Shown here: positions 13,246 through 27,540 of the stretch, piece by piece
Layout: every line of letters begins with the position of its first letter
How positions within the stretch are numbered: position 1 is the stretch's first letter
Assembly: GCA_951406725.2 (NCBI GenBank)
Contig: OX597821.1
Span: forward strand, 59,148,001-59,212,000
DNA: 64,000 bases
Source of the DNA: Octopus vulgaris
Lineage: Eukaryota
Direction of reading: 5' to 3'
Program-made: the position numbers and the translations under genes
Notes under the pieces: model-generated
Database searches by the model: none
What the model was told of the DNA's origin: nothing
What the model saw: the letters and a program-made list of their open reading frames with translations, nothing else

Positions 13246-13448
13246 TACAAGCAAATATTAACAGTCATATACGTTGTTTTCTTCATTTTTTCTTTGTTGG
13301 TAACGCCAGCATGCTTGTGAGGTTAAGAAGCTCGCTGATTTGGTGTCCAGTCCCACTGTGTAGCACCCTAGGTGGATGTCTTCTACTACAGCCCCGGGCC
13401 AACCAGTACCTTGTGAGTGAATTTAGCAGACAGAAACAGCGTGGAAGC

Positions 13449-13489
<41 letters not shown>

Positions 13490-13490
13490 A

Positions 13491-13521
<31 letters not shown>

Positions 13522-13648
13522 ATACATATATGTGTGTATGTATATATATATGTATATATATATACATATATACGCTCGAAACGTAAAACCTTCCTTCCGA
13601 AACGTAAAACCTTCCACGTCCTCGCGTTGTTGTGTTTTCATGTTTGGA

Positions 13649-13764
<116 letters not shown>

Positions 13765-13952
13765 AATAAGGAAATGAAGGGGATCAATAGGTGGTTCATC
13801 AACTTTTGGACATTATATTATGTCAATTTATTTATTTATTTACTAAAATGATAATTACAAGAATATACATATATGTATATACTTTATATAAAATATATAT
13901 ATATAAAGATACCAGTAATTATCAAAATATAACATACAGGAATATAAATTGG

Positions 13953-14008
<56 letters not shown>

Positions 14009-14010
<2 letters not shown>

Positions 14011-14299
14011 CTTATAAATAAGGGCTAAAGAAAATTATTTCTATACCAATATGCTGATAACAGACTTTTAAATCGTCAATTTCCACAAATTATTTACTCG
14101 CTACAGAAAACACATAGAGCTGAAAACGGGGAAAGCCAGCCAATATAACTTTTTAAAAATTCTATTGGCTGGCTTTCCCCATTTTCAGCTCTACGTGTTT
14201 TCTGTAGCGAGTAAATAATTTGTGGAAATTGACGATTTAAAAGTCTGTTATCAGCATATTGGCATAGAAATAATTTTCTTTATCCCTTATTTATAAGTT
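14009..14299. repeat. Near-perfect 290-bp palindrome flanked by (TA)n
   Basis: The left arm aacttataaataagggctaaagaaaattatt... mirrors the right arm ...aataattttctttatcccttatttataagtt. Centre at about 14154 with no spacer and few mismatches. Confidence 0.95.
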
Positions 14300-15454
14300 A
14301 TATATATATATATATATATATATTACTTGTTTCAGTCATTAGATTGCGACCATGCTGGGACACCGCTTTAAAGAATTTTAGTCGAACAAATAGACTCCAG
14401 TATAGTTTTTCAAGCCAGGGTACCAAATCTACTCACAAAGCTTTGGTCGGCTCGAGGCTATAAGGTGTCACGCAATGGGACTGAACCCGGAACCGCGTAG
14501 TTGGGAAACAAACATTTTACCACACTGCCACGGGTATGTGTGTGTGTGTGTGTGTGTGTGCGTGCGTGCGTGTGAGGGCGCATGGCCTAGTGGTTACTGT
14601 GTTGCACTCACAATCTAACGATCGTGGCTTCGATTCCTGGACAGGGTAGAGCAAAACACCTTATCTTACGCTGTTCTGTAATTGCTTCGACACCTGACGC
14701 ATGGTACACAATGGTATATATATTTTTTACTTCCTTTTAAATGCATATTTTGCGAACGAAAAAAACTAAATCCTTGGGTTATTTACATTCCCGTTAAATA
14801 GCGACTTTGGCAAAATAGATCGATAGAATAAGTACTAGAGTTTAAAAAATTTCTGGGGTCAACTTTTTCGGCTAAATGGTTTCTCAACCATTTTTTTTTT
14901 TTTTTACATATGAACTCCATTTGATCCCTATTTTATTTGGATGAATCCTCCTAATCATTCCATGTTTTAAAAAACCTCCTGTTACATTTTTATAATTAAA
15001 TGCTATTAAGAATTGTATAAAGAAAAGATGGAAACATTTTGTGTATTGTAGAAGTATAACAAATTTATTGCAGATAAATTTTAACAGCAAAATTTGATAC
15101 GGAGCCTGAAGTGTCCATATGGTCCTTAAAGGCCATATGGGCTGAACCCTTCAAGGCTGTGCCCCAGCATGACCGTAGTCCAATGATTTAAAAGATGAAA
15201 GATGAAGAATAGATCTAACAAGATAAAGATGAATGTGCGTTTGAAAAAGACCCCATTGCTGATTTTCATGTGATTGAAGTACTTTTAAAACGAGGAGATT
15301 CACATGTAAAGCTAGACATATTTTAACTGTCTTTGTTCTATTTTAAGTAAAGAAAAAGGAAAAGGAAAAGAACAGAAAAGGAAAACAGCTTGACTTTCTA
15401 CATCTGCATGTGTTCCACCTAACCTAGATAAAGCAGAATTTAGAAACCGATAGC

Positions 15455-15505
15455 GCTCCAGATCGCTGACGTCACAGAAAACGGCATTGTACTTGACGTC
15501 GAAGA
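15455..15505. promoter_or_regulatory. Candidate CRE sites
   Basis: TGACGTCA at about 15467 and TGACGTCG at about 15494 in non-repetitive sequence. Motif match only. Confidence 0.25.
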
Positions 15506-16613
15506 AAAGAGTAGGTGGTTCCGTTGGAGGATTATTGCAGAGAAGAAAAATGGAAGCTTAGATTTAGTTATTGATAGCGTTAGCTCAGTGAATTTTGTTT
15601 TGATTGTGATCTTTGTATACTGGGTTTACAAACAGCAGTAGTCAAATTAGCATTTTATCTTAAGGATCAACGTAATTAAGATAACTAATTAGATAGAACA
15701 TGTTATGTACTAGAGTCCATCTGCATGCAAAATGACAAAATACCAGAAGTGTGAATTCATCTATTAATGCTGTTGGTCAGTTGGTACATCGCTTCCTATA
15801 AACAAACATCGCTTTTTGTTGCGTTTTATTTCTAATTTATAGTTGGCACCCCAGACTGGTAAAAAGTTGGGGGAAGAAGAGTATGAGACGTTTGGGTACG
15901 GCTGTTTTGGCGTTACTTTGTGGTGTCATCGATTCGATACTGACTTACTTAACATCATATGTTTTAATGTTTCTCTCTTTCTCCCTCCCTCCCTCCCTCT
16001 CTCTCCCTCCTTCTCTCCCGCTCACCCTCTCTCTCCCTCCCTCTCTCCCCCTCTCTCTGTTTATGTGTGTGAGCATATTTCTTTTTTGTGGACGAGGAGG
16101 GGGTAACATGTTTATGTCAATCGTGTACACTTAGGATCTTTGTGGTTTTCGTCATTGTCTACAATTTTGTTCCAATTGCTTTCAAATGTGGTATATGGAT
16201 TAAGCTTTGTTTACTAATTAGGAAAATGAAATTCATTTTCCCTATAAATCCATAATTAAAAAGTTATTAGCCTTTAAAATTTGCAAAATTTGGGTATTTT
16301 AGGCAATCAGAACCGAGTATTTTACACATTACCATGGCGAACAACTCTGTTTTCATAGTAACCAAAGCAAAGTAGCACCACGTGCTCCATTGCTGATTGC
16401 GAAGAAATCTGTTTTCATAGTAACCAAAGATGCTACGCATGCGCACAAGCAGTGTAGCCACAACGTGTTCTATAATTGTTTATTTTCATAACAGAAGGAA
16501 TTCGATTCTAGAACGATATAGAGATTTTAGAACAGTGGCGAGATGGCCACAACTTTCGTTCTTGAATTTTTTAAAACTAATAAATGCATGTTTTAAACAA
16601 TGGCTTGATTGTC

Positions 16614-16967
16614 ATTTCTAGCAACTCCTGTTAGTTTGTTCGTAGTTTTAAAATATTTAATTTGCTCGCGAACGTTTTAATGTTTTCCATTGTTAACTTT
16701 GCTCGTGTCAAATCGTTTCATTCCAATGAAGGAAGATATGTTCAAACCGATTACTTAAACCAAATGCTTGCAACAGGATGCACTCCGCTAAATGCGAGGA
16801 TCTCAATTAGTGTCGTTGATTAAGGCGATGGAATAAGTCTATTCCGCAAGTAGGCTATGGCGGAATTTGAACTCAGAACCCGAAGAAGACTAAATACTGC
16901 AAGGGTGTCCAATGCAACGTTCTTACAGCACCGCACTCAACAAATCCTGCCATCTACAGCTTTCTTT

Positions 16968-17007
<40 letters not shown>

Positions 17008-17438
17008 GAGTATATTTCTATACGCGCATAAATCGTATTCAGTTAAGAAATGTGATGTCTCTTCTTCTCTCTCTCTCACTCTTTCTATTTGTACGCACAA
17101 ACACACATGCCCGCACATGCATGTATATTCTGTTATTTCTAGCAACTCCTGTTGGTTTGTTCGTAGCTTTTAAATATTTAATTTGCTCGCGAATGCCTTA
17201 ATCTTTTTCACTGTTTACTATAGTTAGTTTAATGTTTTAACGTGCCGGTGCCCCCACCCCCATCCACATGATGATGGAAGCGTCAGCAAACGCGCTGTTT
17301 TCTGATACGCTGAAAATTCTGAATGTTATCAAACTTTGATGCATCAAAACTTTTTTCAAAGATTTCGATATGCAGTGACGAAAACTACAAAAATCCTTCA
17401 ATTATTAAATTGTAATCTCTCTCTCCCTCTCCCACTCA

Positions 17439-17523
<85 letters not shown>

Positions 17524-18040
17524 ACTCTCTGAGTTTATTTCTGTGTGCGCATCAGTTATGAAGTGTAATGTCTCCTCTTCTCTCTCTCTCTAACTCTTTC
17601 TATTTGTACGCACAAATACATATGCCCGCACATGCGTGTATATTTGTACGTATCTGTGAGCGCGCGCGCGTGTGTATGTTTGCTTCCAATGCCAAAAAGT
17701 ACCGTCGCCAAAACAGACTCAATGTTCAGTCATCTGAGACAAATCATCAGCGCGCCAAAACAGCCGCGTCAAATCGTCTCATTCCAATGAAGGAAGATAT
17801 GTTCAAACCGATTACCTAAACCAAAATGCTTGCAACAGGATGCACTCCGCTAAATGTGGGGATCCCAATTAGTATCGTTAGTCAAGGCGTTGAAATAAGT
17901 CTACTACGCTTACTAAGCTAAGGCGGAATTTGAACTTAGAACTCGAAGAACAAGACTAAATACCGCAAGGGTATTCAATGCAACGTTCTTACAGCTCCAA
18001 ACTCAACGGATCCTGCCAGCTGCAGCTTTCTTTTACTCAC
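16614..18040. repeat. Local duplication with shuffled modules
   Basis: A: 16614-16700 and 17135-17220. B: 16703-16972 and 17765-18038. C: 17039-17130 and 17552-17645. Confidence 0.85.
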
Positions 18041-18275
18041 TTTCACTTGCTCCAGTCACTGCATTGCGGCTTTACTGGATCAAATCTACCCTAGTACTAT
18101 TTTTAAAAGTCTTATATTTATTTTATCAGTTTCTTTGGCCGAACCGCTAAGTTACAAGGAGTTAAACCTACAACGGTTGTCGAGCGGTGACTTCCCAAAC
18201 ACAAAGACACGATTGCACGTACGTACGCACGCGCGCGCACGCACGCACACTACACACACACACATACACACACAC

Positions 18276-18337
<62 letters not shown>

Positions 18338-18500
18338 ATGCATATATAAACAAAGGGCTTCCAAAGATTTTCTCCCTACTAAATTCTCTCTCAAGAAATT
18401 AGTCCGGCCCAGGGTTACAGAAAAAGACACGTGTCCAAGATGCCGTACCGTGGGACAGAACCCGAAACCCCGTGGTTCTGAAACGAACTTCTTGACCATA
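18030..18500 (-). mobile_element. SINE family A, diverged
   Basis: Tail, internal (CA)n and head in reverse orientation. Confidence 0.7.
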
Positions 18501-18858
18501 TCGTCATGCATAATAATGCATGAATAATAATCCTTTCTACAATAGGCACAAGGTCTGAAATTTGGAGGAGGGGGATGGGGAGGAGGAGGAGGACGATGAG
18601 GTTAGTCGTTTACATCGCCCCCAGTACCCAACAGTATCCGAAGGGATAAATGGCAAAGTCGACCTCGGCGGTCGAACGTATAAGTTCGAACGTATAAGTC
18701 CATTATTGACGTATGTGTACAATAATTTGAATTAGTCATTTTAAATATTATACTACTCTACGGAATTCTTACTATGTGAACTGATTAACCAGTTCACATA
18801 GTAAACATTGATGGACCTCCAGCATGGCCGCAGTCAAATGTCTGAAGCAAGTGAAAAT

Positions 18859-18935
<77 letters not shown>

Positions 18936-18952
18936 GTAGGTAGGTAGGTAGG

Positions 18953-19033
<81 letters not shown>

Positions 19034-19770
19034 TGATTGATCATTGACATGAATTACTCGGAGGCGCATTCGCAATAGTGTAAGCATAGTTAATGTAGTG
19101 ATCATGAAAAATATCTAATGTGGTTAAGAAAAAGCAACATTATTAGTTTAGTGATTAATATTATTTTAACCATTTAAGCAAGAATGGAAGACAATTCCGG
19201 ACATGTTTAAGTCTTATTAGATTTCCTTAGTAAAACATAGGCCTCACCATACTTGCTGAAGTAATGAATTACTAAGTTGATATACATGAATAGGTGTGAC
19301 AAATTAGCATACTTAAAAAATAACTCTCTGATATAAATTGCTCAGGGACACTATCTGCTTGAAAACTATAAATTAGTGACCAAATATTTAAAGTGGTGAG
19401 CATAGAAATGCTAATTAGAAATACCTATTTCCTGGTATAATTTGCTTTTCAAATTCGTCCGGGATGAGACTGTCAAAGCCATGTAAGATAAACACGTCAA
19501 GCTCTGTGTAAAAGCACAGGCTGTCAACTAAAGAGTTTCCAACAACATTAGGAATCTTTTAGGGAGACATGCTCGCTCTTTTTCTCCTTGTGATTGCAGT
19601 CGGCTACATCCATAAGCAATCTCGCCATCAAGTGATCAAGACATCAGTAGAGCCTATATCTCCCCACCAGGCACACTGCTGGCGTATCAAAAGGAATTTC
19701 TCAGTCATAACATAGGACTCCACGTACTTGAAGTCACTGACCACTTTGAGTTGTGTACCATCGTTGGAAC

Positions 19771-19941
19771 CTCTCCGCACTCTTCAGGTCCGCAGGTGGT
19801 CGGTCTGCGCAGGTGGAACCGCGAATGGCTCGCTATCTCCATTGACCTCGCACAGGACCGTCGAACGTGGTCCGCCATGGTTCGTGATGCCGTCAGGACC
19901 AGAGAAGAAGCCGGCTCAACCCGTGACAAGTACAAGTAGTA
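19771..19941 (+). mobile_element. 5'-truncated RTE-clade LINE 3' end with TSD
   Basis: GPQVVGLRRWNREWLAISIDLAQDRRTWSAMVRDAV, tail acaagtacaagt, and 12-bp TSD catcgttggaac at 19759-19770 and 19942-19953. Confidence 0.8.
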
Positions 19942-20257
19942 CATCGTTGGAACAAATTGGTGATAGCTTTTATCCTCATTTAACTGCAGTATTCTCAAAA
20001 GATATTCATTAACACACAGTTGAAATTTTCAAAAAGGCCTCGCCCAAGTGTTTTTAGATGTGGGGGAAAAATCCCGAAAAAAAAAAAAAGGCAGAAATAC
20101 GTTCTGATTTGAGTGTAACTGTCGAGCCTTTGAAAAGGCACGATTTTAAAAGATGGTCAGGTAGGGATTGTAGTAACGACGTCAATGTCTCTTTAGAATT
20201 CTGCAATCAAAGTACCGTGAGACCGTTGTAGACTGTAAGAAATGCATTCTGATACGC

Positions 20258-20372
20258 CAGTAGCGTGACTGGGGAGAGGGAGCGCCCTGAACAGCACTTT
20301 TCTCTATTGACTGGGGAGTGGTGGAAAAATCTAGGGCTGCACTGGGTGGCACATACTCCGTTGATGTCACTG
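20258..20372. mobile_element. Small hAT-type MITE
   Basis: TIRs cagtagcgt / atgtcactg; 8-bp TSD tgatacgc / tgataggc. Confidence 0.7.
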
Positions 20373-22291
20373 TGATAGGCAATGTACCTATCTAGGAATC
20401 GGGTATTTGAAAATCAACAAAGCTGGCCTTCTTCGGGGCTTGTGTAAAGAGCATTCTTCTCAATGGAGTCTAAGTAGGAACTATGAAGAATGAGCTTTAA
20501 GATTGCTTTGATGGATCATACACCAAGCTTTTCAAGAGGGTTCAAAATATCATATAGCATCAAAACAAGCCCAAAGAGAAGATTTATATACCCATTAACT
20601 CCCATTTCTGCTATTGTTGTGCAACACAGAGAAGGCTTTGCTGTCCAACGTTGTTGCGTTGAAAAACAGATAATATAATATAGGAAAAAAAACACTCAAC
20701 TATGTTAACATTATTGGCAGGAACGAGCTGGAATAATCGTTAGCACGTCGGGCAGAATACTTAGCAGCATTTCGTCATTTTTTTACGTTCTGAGTTCAAA
20801 TTCCGCTAAGGTCGATTTTGCCTTTCATCCTTTCCGGTATCGATAAAATAAGTACCAGTTGAACACTGGAGTTAATATAATCAACTTATTCCTTTTCCTG
20901 AAATTGCTGGGGGCTTGTGCCAAGATTAGAAACCAATATTATTTGCAGGGACACACACATGAAATTAAGGACCAATCAAAGCTAATGGGGAACAGATTTG
21001 CGAAACGCATCTTGGTTGTACGTATAGTAATAGAACTTTACAAAAGAAAGATTTACACAAAACCCACCTCACTTCATTTCGTACAAAACAGGATAATTTA
21101 ACCGAAGTAATATAGTTAAAATTGTTTTTTAAAGAAATGGCTTCAAACCTTTTCTGTGATCTCGCATCCCTAAGAAATATTTGATTAATTTTCGCACGAC
21201 CTACAAAAGTAATCATAAATTTGAAAATGAAAATTTTAATTTTCAAATAACTAATTTATATATACATGTGGCATTCTCTGGGTCATGGCAGTTAATATAA
21301 AGGAAGTAACATTCTCCTCACAATGCAAAGCGGGATTAGAAATTTGAATTTGGAATTGAGGAATACGAGGTAAATTATACATAGAGTTCACATATTTAGT
21401 TTATTTTTATCTATTACGAACTTCTTACAATTTTTAATTAGTGATAATCATGTATATAGTTCTATTTCATCCTTTTTTAAAAATTTCAGTATAACGTAAC
21501 CAGAGTATATTTCTCTCATTGTCACATTACTTGAAATGCAGCGAGCATCCAAGATAGTAATCCCAACTCTTGAGACAGTATATTTTTCTTCACTACACCA
21601 GAAACTGTCTGAAATTTGAGAGAGGCATCAAAAATGTGTTTGAATGCGTGCTCTGTGTGTGCTCGCGTGTGCGTGTTGTGTTCATGTGCGTGAGAGCACA
21701 TGTACGTGAGAACGTGTAATCCATTCGTGTACATGTGTAGAGATATTACTGAAAAGTACCAAGAATGATGACATCTAGAGAGAGAGAGAGAGGTAGGAGA
21801 GTAAATATGATCCAGAAATGTTAATCAGTTGAATACCACAATCTGGAATAATGATGAATATGCTGCAACATTGCAATAGGAAATGTTGGATAATGATTTC
21901 TTTGAAGTTAAAAGTTAAACTCAGAAGGATTTGATTCCATTGAATCATAATGAATTCTAGTCCCTATAAATCATTGTTTTATCTTGCAGAAGACATTAAA
22001 CGATAATTTATAGGTTTCGTTGTGTCTCTTGAAATATTAATCGAGATCATATTGTCAATTTTGCATTTGTTCTATACCAGACGCAAGCGCACTCACTACA
22101 CACAAACACATACACACACATGCTCACACACACACACACTCACACACACACACACACACACACATACATACATACATACGTACATGCGTATGCGTGTGTG
22201 TGTGTGTGTGTAATGTTCTTAGAAACGTTTCTGTCTTACAACAGAAATCGTATTTTATCTGTTACAAAGCACAGTCTGTCGATCTGCCAGC

Positions 22292-22324
<33 letters not shown>

Positions 22325-22325
<1 letters not shown>

Positions 22326-22685
22326 CAAAAACAGAACAAGAACGTAACGGGCGACAATGAAAACATACGGACAGATGAACGATACAAAATCGTGTAACAT
22401 TTTCTCTGTTTACTCGTTTTTTTTTTTGTCCGTGTTGTCGCACATATTCGCTCGCTTTCTTCCAAAAATTTAATGCCCTTATCTTAGATTTTTGGAGCCT
22501 ACCAATTTTGAATTACCTCAAGTGTAACAGGCCGAAACTGTAATGATGATTGGAAGCTAGACTGATGAATAGAAAGCCACGAATGTTCATGCGCTGTTTT
22601 TCCTGCCCGTCTTTGTATCATCTATCTATCCGTATGTTTTCATTGACATCCGTTACGTTCTTGTTCCGTTTTTTTTTTTGCATTT
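22325..22685. mobile_element. Inverted pair of PLE-like termini (family P2)
   Basis: 22327-22390 is the imperfect reverse complement of 22611-22675; microsatellites flank both ends. Confidence 0.65.
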
Positions 22686-22759
22686 ATATATACATATAGT
22701 AACATACGTACACCTTTTGCTCAGCTTGTAAGTAATACACACACATACATATATATATA

Positions 22760-22990
22760 TTTCTTTATTGCCCACAAGGAGCTAAACATAGAGGGGACAA
22801 ACAAGGACAGACAAAGGGATTAAGTCGATTACATCGACCCCAGTGCGAAACTGGTACTTTATTTATCGACCCCGAAAGGATGAAAGGCAAAGTCGACCTC
22901 GGCGGAATTTGAACTTAGAACGTAACGACAGACGAAATACCGCTAAGCATTTCGCAGGGCGCGCTAACGAGTCTGCCAGCTCGCTGCCTT
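22760..22990 (-). mobile_element. SINE family B, variant with Tx1-like tail
   Basis: Well-conserved B body. Minus-strand tail reads tgtcccctctatgtttagctccttgtgggcaataaagaa. Confidence 0.9.
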
Positions 22991-22995
22991 ATATA

Positions 22996-23035
<40 letters not shown>

Positions 23036-23283
23036 ACAGGTTAGTATGATCCAAAGATCCTGGAGTAGGTAGTGACCAAGCTTCAAACGTGTATACAGTT
23101 AGCATAGATGACGGAAGGTGGCCAACAGATGATGAAAAGTGTTTGTTTACCCTCGTTCTTTACATACTTCGTCCTGTATTGAAATCAAAGGAAATTTCGA
23201 TAAGCTGACAATCACCATACAACTAACAGTTTAGCAACTGAAGTTGCTAGAAATGCGAATAAAAATTCGAGAATGCAAAGAGT

Positions 23284-23490
23284 GAAAAAGGTAAATAAAG
23301 ACTACAAATGTTTCGTAGCTAAAACAACGTTTGTTACGTAATTTGTAACACGCACAGAAGCTGCCTAGTTAACTTTGAAGCTTATAAGATCTGAAGATTA
23401 GCTAAGCAGGTTTTATGCGTGTTAAAGTTTTGTAACAAACATTCTTTTAGCTATGAAACATGTGTAGTCTTTATTTACCTTTTTTATTCC
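23284..23490. mobile_element. Inverted PLE-like termini with hammerhead-like motif
   Basis: aaaaaggtaaataaagactac... mirrors ...gtagtctttatttacctttt. The + arm has CTGAAGA at 23391 and GAAA-catgtg-TA at 23455-23466. Confidence 0.6.
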
Positions 23491-23505
23491 GTACATTCTT
23501 CCATA

Positions 23506-23565
<60 letters not shown>

Positions 23566-23896
23566 ACTTAAGGTATCTACGAGATACCGCCATGCTGAAG
23601 ATAGCAGCCAGGATCTGACTCTAAAACCACCTTAAGTGTTCATATAGCACAAGGAGAGAAGACAAAAAGACAAAATAAAACTAGTAAAAAATTACTGGAT
23701 AATTCCAGATCCCGGATTTCTGACTTTGCATTTAGAAATGCTTTGCCTCATCAGTGGAATATACGTAGAGAGAAACATAAATACATATATATATATATAT
23801 ATATAAATACAACATACGAATACTTACATATACGAACGTATACATAGATATATATGCACGTATGCATCATGACCAGTTTAAAATGCCCGCTTCTTA

Positions 23897-23932
<36 letters not shown>

Positions 23933-23992
23933 GTGCATGTATGTTTGTATGTATATGTGTGTGCGCGCGCGTATATATATACATATATATTT

Positions 23993-24090
<98 letters not shown>

Positions 24091-24115
24091 GTAGGTAGGT
24101 AGGTAGGTAGGTAGG

Positions 24116-24193
<78 letters not shown>

Positions 24194-24758
24194 CACACAC
24201 ACATACTCTCTCTCCCTCAGTAACTGCATTGATATCGAACAGCTAACAGCCTGAAGATGTCGTTTAGATCAATGATTGGCTCCTTATATTTCTGTCATGG
24301 CCCATCAAATGTTTAGATCGTATGCGGCCCTCCCAGTGTTGACTAAATACAACTAAAAATCAATATTCAAGCACAAATTTAATAATCCAAATTATATATA
24401 TTTAAAAAATAAATTTTCAATGCATTAGCTATATCTGAAAGGTAAATCTATCACATTAAGTGCAAATAGAACAAAAACAAAAACAACAACAACTTCTACT
24501 ACTACTACTACTACTAGTACTGCTGCTGCTGCTGCTGCTGCTACTAATAATAATAATGATGATAATATTGGGAGAGGGGATTAATCGATTACATCGGCTC
24601 CAGTGTTATTTTATTGACCCTCAAAAGGATGAAAGGCAAAGTGTACCTCGGCGGGATTTGAACTCGGAACGTAAAGACGGGCGAAATACCGCTAAGCAGT
24701 TTCCCGGTGCCTTAACGATTCGGTCAGTTCGTTGCCTTAGTAGTAGTAGTAGTAGTAA

Positions 24759-24808
<50 letters not shown>

Positions 24809-25032
24809 ATCAATCATTATGCTTTCGTTATTAACTTCCATGGATTCGAAAAACGATTGGTGTGGTACTGGACGACACAGCGTGGAGTTACCTAAAAGAG
24901 CGTGTAAAAAGGAGAATAATAGTAAAAAAACGAATTCGAGCAAAGAATAAATTCTTCAAAAGAAGGAGGCTTGTTCGTGGAAATCCCACAAAACCATGGT
25001 CAACCCGACGTGGTTTTCTGGGGTCGTATGCA

Positions 25033-25150
<118 letters not shown>

Positions 25151-25333
25151 TATATATACATATACAAATATACGATGGGCTTCTTTCAGTTTCCGCCTAC
25201 CAAATCCACTCACAAGGCTTTGATTGGCCAAGGCCATAGTAGAAAACACTTGCTCAAAGTGCCACGCAGTGGGACTGAACCCGGGACCTTGCGGTTTGGA
25301 AGCCAGCTTCTTACCACACAGCCACGCCTACGC

Positions 25334-25375
<42 letters not shown>

Positions 25376-25804
25376 TTAATATCTTTTATTCTTTACTTGT
25401 TTTAGTCACTGGACTGCGGCCATACCGGGGCATCGCCTCGAAGGGTTTTAGTCGAGCAAATCAACCCCAGTACTTATCATCATCATCATCATCATCATCA
25501 TTATTACTATTTTAAAGTCTGATACTTTTTCTCATCGATATCTAATGTCGAACCGGTTGTCAAGCGGTAGGACAGAGGATAAAAAACAGACACGTTGCGC
25601 GCGTGCGTGCGTGCATGCGTATGTGTGTGTGTGTGTGTGTACGATGGACCGACCACCGCACAATTTGTGTCTACAAAATTCACTCTCAAGGCATTGGTCC
25701 ATTCGAGGCGTGGTTAGAAGACTTGCTCAAGGTGCAACGCAGTGGGACTGAACCCGAAAATTAAACACGATCGATTCAATTTATCAATTTCTATAAGAAG
25801 CGAA

Positions 25805-26198
25805 GGCGGCGAGCTGGCAGAAACATTAGCACGCCGGGCGAAATGCTCAGCAGTATTTCGTCTGCCGCTACGTTCTGAGTTCAAATTCCGCCCAGGTCGA
25901 CTTTGCCTTTCATCCTTTCGGGGTCGATTAAATAAGTACCAGTTACGCACTGGGGTCGATATAATCGACTAAATCCGTTTGTCTGTCCTTGTTTGTCCCT
26001 TCTGTGTTTAGCCCCTTGAGGGTAGTAAAGAAATAGGTATTTCTTTTGTCTTTATGTCCTGAGTTCAAATTTCACTGAGGTCAACTTTGCCTTTCATCCT
26101 TTCGGGGTCGATAGATTAAGTACGAGTTGCGTACATGAGTCGATCTAATCGACTGGCCCCCTCCCCCAAAATTTCGGGCCTTGTTCCTAGAGTAGAAA
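25805..26198 (+). mobile_element. Two tandem SINE B copies with different tails
   Basis: The first ends tgtgtttagccccttgagggtagtaaagaaata (Tx1-like). The second, 5'-truncated, ends ggccttgttcctagagtagaaa. Confidence 0.85.
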
Positions 26199-26934
26199 AA
26201 AATTTCTGTAAGAAATGGATTTGTATCAAAATTCTGAATTACAAAATAAATAAATAAAAATAAAAAAAGCAAAAAATTCCTTTTCTCCTCTCACTACGAT
26301 AGTTTATTTGAATACAGACGTAACCAAATCCGGTCTTAACACAGACAGAAATATAAAACATGTCAGCGTCTAACAGACCAGCTGTATGTCTTCACACACC
26401 CTTTCTTGCTTGACACACCTACTCGAAGTCGTTTCTTCCCTCAACCCAACTCGGCAAGTAATTAGGCCAAACCCCTCCAGTTCCCGCCACTCATTCAAGA
26501 TACAAATAATGCACCCAAATACACACACACACACACAGATACACGAACAAAGAGACGCAAATACACACACACTCATTCATTCACGTAGTGATTCTAACCT
26601 CAGTTTGCGAGGCCTGTAATAACCGACCGACTAGCCGGCCGGCCAACCAGTCTATTGCCTGTTTGTCTGCCTACCGAGCGTGACGTTCTCGATCTAAAAC
26701 ATTCTCTTTCTTGATTAGCCGAATATTTTATTTTTATTAAATTGTTATCCATATTTATTTATTTATTTATGAATATATTTGGCTAATTTAATTAAGGAAA
26801 CTTTTTTTTTTTACCACAAGTAATTACTATAAAGAACCGAGACATTACAGTTACTGTGTATAAAATCATTCGTCTGGTTTGATTTGATTTTAAGCATGTT
26901 TTCTTAACAATATAAAGCATAGAGGCAGATATGA

Positions 26935-27056
26935 AGTTTGCTTCCCAACCACATTACTCCGAGTTCAATCCTACTACGTGACACCTTGAGCAAGTGTCGG
27001 GACGATCAAAGCCTTCTGAGTGGATTTGGAAGACGAAAACTGAAAGAAGCCTGTCG

Positions 27057-27091
<35 letters not shown>

Positions 27092-27270
27092 CCCCTCCGC
27101 CACCGTTTAACCACCGGCCTAGGTGTGTGGCATAGCGGTTCGACCAAACAGACCAACAGAATAAGTACCAGGGTTAAAAAAGAAAAAAATAATAAAGCCC
27201 TGGGATCGTTCGCTCGACTAAACATTCAAGGCGGTGCCCCAGCATGGTCACAGTCTAATGACTTAAAGGA
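26935..27270 (+). mobile_element. SINE family A
   Basis: Head, (TG)n and tail ggcggtgccccagcatggtcacagtc. Confidence 0.75.
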
Positions 27271-27379
27271 CTTGTGAATGAATATTTGATGGGGATCAAA
27301 GCCGGTCTTCTTCCACCTTGCAAATTTCTCAAGGAGTCCAGTACATCTCTTTCTCCCTCCCTCCCTTTCTCTCTTTGTA

Positions 27380-27436
<57 letters not shown>

Positions 27437-27440
<4 letters not shown>

Positions 27441-27540
27441 CCTGCTCGCTTAGCCAGCGGGGTGGCGTCATTCGAAGGCTAAAACAATGCGAACGCATTG
27501 TGACCAGCGATGTGTAACAACATCTGATGGTCTGGTCGGT

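Larger units (their letters stand above)
19520..20690 (+). pseudogene. Old RTE-X-like LINE RT remnant interrupted by younger inserts
   Basis: GIF*GDMLALFLLVIAVGYI at about 19551 (cf. GVLQGDTLAPFLF). KLAFFGACVKSILLNG...FDGSYTKLFKRVQNI at about 20420-20550. Confidence 0.6.
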
